From an uncultured bacterium (GTDB taxonomy: Bacteria; Methylomirabilota; Methylomirabilia; Rokubacteriales; DASRDR01): DNA of 64,000 nt. The stretch spans positions 17,147 through 81,146 of the forward strand of contig CAYQDR010000004.1 of assembly GCA_964416315.1 (NCBI GenBank). The letters are read 5' to 3'. Each line of letters starts with the position of its first letter. Positions within the stretch are counted from its first letter, which is position 1. The notes below the pieces were generated by a model. It was not told the origin of the DNA and did no database searches. It worked only from the letters and a program-made list of their open reading frames with translations. Below, piece by piece: positions 61,255-64,000 of the stretch. The position numbers were made by a program, and so were the translations under genes.

Positions 61255-61596
61255 CTACCAGCGGACCGGACGACGCGAGCCGCCGCCGAAGCCGCCCCCG
61301 AAGCCGCCGCCCGACCGGGATCCCGCACCGCGGGAGCCGCCGGACCGAGCCGCCGGGTTCGCGACGGCCACCGTGAGCCGCCGCCCCTCGAAGGACTGAT
61401 CGTTCAGCTTCTGGATCGCCGCCTGCGCCTCCGCCTCCGTGGCCATCTCCACGAAGCCGAAGCCCCGCGACTGGCCGGAGACCCGGTCGGTGATCACCGT
61501 GGCGGACTCGACGGCACCGCACTGGGCGAAGCACTCCCGGAGACTCTCGGAGGTGGTGGAGTAGGACAGACCGCCGACGTACAACTTGGACGCCAT
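61255..61596 (-). CDS. rbp: RRM-domain RNA-binding protein with Gly-rich tail
   Basis: RNP2 KLYVGGL and RNP1 RGFGFVEM. Confidence 0.85.
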   Translation of the reverse strand: MASKLYVGGLSYSTTSESLRECFAQCGAVESATVITDRVSGQSRGFGFVEMATEAEAQAAIQKLNDQSFEGRRLTVAVANPAARSGGSRGAGSRSGGGFGGGFGGGSRRPVRW

Positions 61597-61952
61597 GGGC
61601 GCCTCCTCGGCCCCGATTCCTTCGGGGCCTGAACACTCTTCCGCTTCACGTTTTCGCCCCGGACACGCGGAAGAGGCCTATCAGAGGCGGGCCAGAACGA
61701 GGCGCCACGACGGCGCGACTACCGGCTGGATGCAACGAAGTATATACGAGTCCGGGGCCCTCCGCAACCCCGGTCCCGGGACTACCGCCCCAGGCCCTTG
61801 AAGAAGCGCTCGACGGCGCCGATCCCCTCGCCGACGGCGCGCCGGCCCTGACCGATCGGGGAGGAGCCGCCCACCCGCTGGGCGAGGGGGATCCGGGTTA
61901 TAGCGCAGGGCGACCGGTCGGGCAAACGCCGGGCCGGTCCCATCCGGGAGTC

Positions 61953-62882
61953 CTACGCCGCGCTCCGGGCGCCCCCCGAGAGCCCGCGGAGCTTCGGGTC
62001 GAGGAGGTCGCGGAGCCCGTCCCCGAAGAGGTTCAGGCCGAGGATCGTCGCCATGATCGCCACGCCGGGGAAGAGGGTGAGCCAGGGCGCCTGCTGGATG
62101 TAGAGGCGCCCCTCGGCCAGGATGTTCCCCCACGACGGGACGTAGGGCGGCGCGCCGACCCCGAGGAACGACAGCGCCGCTTCGCCGAGGACCGCGAGGG
62201 CGAAGATGAACGTCGCCTGGACGATGACCGGCGAGAGGCAGTTGGGGAGGACGTGGCGGAGGATGATCGCGACCTCGGACGCCCCGATCGCGTGCGCCGC
62301 CTCGACGTAGGGCAGCTCGCGGACGACGAGGACCGAGCCGCGCACGATGCGGGCGATCCGCGGCGTGTAGACGACGCCGAGCGCGACGATGACGTTCCGG
62401 AGGCTCGGGCCGAGCGAGGCCATCAGCGCGATCGCGAGGATGATCGCGGGGAAGGCCATCAGACCATCCATCACGCGCATCAGCACGTTGTCGAGGTGGC
62501 GGTAGTAGCCCGCGGCGAGCCCGACGAGGAGCCCGGCCGCCACGGAGACCAGGACGACGAGGCCACCCACCTGGACCGAGACCCGCGCGCCGTAGAGGAC
62601 GCGGCTCAGCACGTCCCGCCCGACGTCGTCCGTCCCGAGCCAGTGCCCGGGGCCCGGGCCGCGCAGGCGGCTCTTGACGTCGAGCACGAGCGGGTCCCAC
62701 GGCGCGAGCGCGGGCGCCAGCGCGGCGACGACGAGGACGACGGCAAACAGCACCGCGCCGACCAGCGCGACCCGGCGGCGGGCCAGGAGGGCGATCGCGC
62801 CGGTCACCCGCGAGAGGCCGAGGCTCACCGGCCGCGCCGGCGCGCTCACCGTGACGCTCGAGGGGACGCCGGGCGGAGTCAT
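61953..62882 (-). CDS. dppC: peptide/nickel ABC transporter permease (DppC/OppC-like)
   Basis: 6 TM helices. C-terminal GLNLFGDGLRDLLDPKLRG. Confidence 0.85.
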   Translation of the reverse strand: MTPPGVPSSVTVSAPARPVSLGLSRVTGAIALLARRRVALVGAVLFAVVLVVAALAPALAPWDPLVLDVKSRLRGPGPGHWLGTDDVGRDVLSRVLYGARVSVQVGGLVVLVSVAAGLLVGLAAGYYRHLDNVLMRVMDGLMAFPAIILAIALMASLGPSLRNVIVALGVVYTPRIARIVRGSVLVVRELPYVEAAHAIGASEVAIILRHVLPNCLSPVIVQATFIFALAVLGEAALSFLGVGAPPYVPSWGNILAEGRLYIQQAPWLTLFPGVAIMATILGLNLFGDGLRDLLDPKLRGLSGGARSAA

Positions 62883-62894
62883 TCGGGACCCCCC

Positions 62895-62925
62895 GCACCC
62901 CCGCCCCCTCCCACCCTTCGGGGGG
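62895..62925. repeat. GC-rich palindrome CCCCTCCCACCC-TTCG-GGGGGAGGGG (REP-like), dppB-dppC intergenic
   Basis: Related to the palindrome at 36596..36620. Confidence 0.5.
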
Positions 62926-62982
62926 AGGGGAGCGGCGGCCCGCCAGGGGCGCGCCGCACAGCAGACAGGGATCCAGGCCGTC

Positions 62983-63927
62983 TCATTGGTAACGGATGCG
63001 GGGGTCGACCAGCAGGTACGCGAGGTCCACGGCGAGGTTCACGAACACGTAGACGCCGGCGATCACGAGGATCACGCCCTGGATCACCGGGTAGTCGCGG
63101 CGGAGCACCGCCGAGATGACGAGCCGCCCCAGCCCCGGGATGTTGAAGACCTGCTCGATGATGACCGCGCCCCCGAGCAATACCGCGACCGAGATGCCGA
63201 TGACGGTGAGCGTGGGGATGAAGGCGTTCTTGAGCGCATGCTTGTAGACGACGCTATTTTCGGCCAGGCCCTTGGCCCGGCCAGCGAGGATGAACTGCTC
63301 CCGGAGGACGTCCAGCATCGCCGAGCGCGTGATCCGGGCGATCAGCGCCGACTGGACCAGGCCGAGCGCCACCGCCGGCATGACGAGGGAGCGGAGGGTC
63401 CGCCAGGCGCCCGACTCGAGCGGGACGTAGCCCGCGACGGGGAACCAGCCGAGCCAGACCGCGAAGACGAGGATCATGAGGAGGCCGAGGAGGAAGTTCG
63501 GCACCGAGGCGCCAAGAAGGGCCAGGACCATGAGCCCCTGGTCCAGGACGCCGCCGTGGCGGCGGGCCGAGATGATGCCGACCGGGACGCCGACGAGGGC
63601 GGCGATCAGGATCGCGCCCGTCGTGAGCAGGATCGTGGGCTCGGCGCGGTCCAGGATCGCCTCGACGACGGGGCGGCGGAGGAAGATCGAGTTGCCGAGG
63701 TCGCCGTGCAGCAGCCGCCAGTACCAGCGGCCGAGCTGGACGTGGAGCGGCCGGTCGATCCCGAGCTGCTGGCGGAGCTTCTCGACTTCCTCGGCCGACG
63801 CGTAGGGGCCCGCGATCACGCTGGCGGGGTCGCCCGGTGCCAGGTGGATGAGCACGAAGGCGACCGTGGCGACGACCAGCATCACCGGCACGAGCGCCAG
63901 GAGGCGCCGCGCGATGTAGGTCTTCAC
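62983..63927 (-). CDS. dppB: peptide/nickel ABC transporter permease (DppB/OppB-like)
   Basis: MKTYIARRLLALVPVMLVV... 314 aa. Confidence 0.85.
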   Translation of the reverse strand: MKTYIARRLLALVPVMLVVATVAFVLIHLAPGDPASVIAGPYASAEEVEKLRQQLGIDRPLHVQLGRWYWRLLHGDLGNSIFLRRPVVEAILDRAEPTILLTTGAILIAALVGVPVGIISARRHGGVLDQGLMVLALLGASVPNFLLGLLMILVFAVWLGWFPVAGYVPLESGAWRTLRSLVMPAVALGLVQSALIARITRSAMLDVLREQFILAGRAKGLAENSVVYKHALKNAFIPTLTVIGISVAVLLGGAVIIEQVFNIPGLGRLVISAVLRRDYPVIQGVILVIAGVYVFVNLAVDLAYLLVDPRIRYQ

Positions 63928-63957
63928 CGCCCGCTCTCTCCGTCAGGGAGAGAAACT

Positions 63958-64000
63958 ACTGCGCGAGCCAGGTATTCCAGAAGTGGAGCTCGGGCGTGCC
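63958..64000 (-). CDS. 3' end of a family-5 ABC substrate-binding protein gene (partial at window edge)
   Basis: ...PELHFWNTWLAQ* parallels the C-terminus of the 33035..34594 SBP. Confidence 0.4.

Overview
This window is a high-GC (~70%) bacterial chromosomal segment, read by eye from the supplied six-frame ORF track and the raw sequence. It is densely coding on both strands with about 55 genes. I recognise no tRNA, rRNA or CRISPR.

Core metabolism and transport: hydantoinase/oxoprolinase hyuA (5'-partial) and hyuB; livH and livM permeases with a separate livG ATPase; pyruvate kinase; a GH15 glucoamylase-family gene carrying a -1 frameshift; a 2939-aa cyclic beta-1,2-glucan synthase (Cgs/NdvB type); an NfeD-flotillin (FloA) operon; a UDG; isoaspartyl peptidase; two Dpp/Opp-type substrate-binding proteins and DppB/DppC permeases; a bactofilin-M23 peptidase pair; threonine dehydratase and RraA; PlsC and a GDPD; a class III adenylyl cyclase with double zinc ribbon, AAA and TPR regions; a ROK glucokinase; an SCO protein; a malic enzyme; a DUF169::URO-D/MtaA-like fusion; a ModE-like regulator with a MOT1-type molybdate transporter; a HlyD/FtsX/ABC efflux operon; a TPR protein; and an RRM RNA-binding protein.

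Most unusual: a bona fide Pup (prokaryotic ubiquitin-like protein, GGE terminus) encoded not beside pafA, dop or the proteasome but as the first gene of an apparent operon with a bacterial dynamin-like GTPase and a Cys-rich coiled-coil protein.

Second theme: two vapBC toxin-antitoxin cassettes, each bracketed by direct repeats that duplicate the terminus of the neighbouring host gene. One pair is a 56-bp repeat of the livH 5' end. The other is a 215-bp repeat of the URO-D-like 3' end, present three times and delimiting a ~7.7-kb island-like insertion.

Several decayed genes are present: two possible nonsense or frameshift pseudogenes, an OppC C-terminal fragment and a methyltransferase remnant. 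There are also small, strongly initiated peptide ORFs and GC-rich palindromes.
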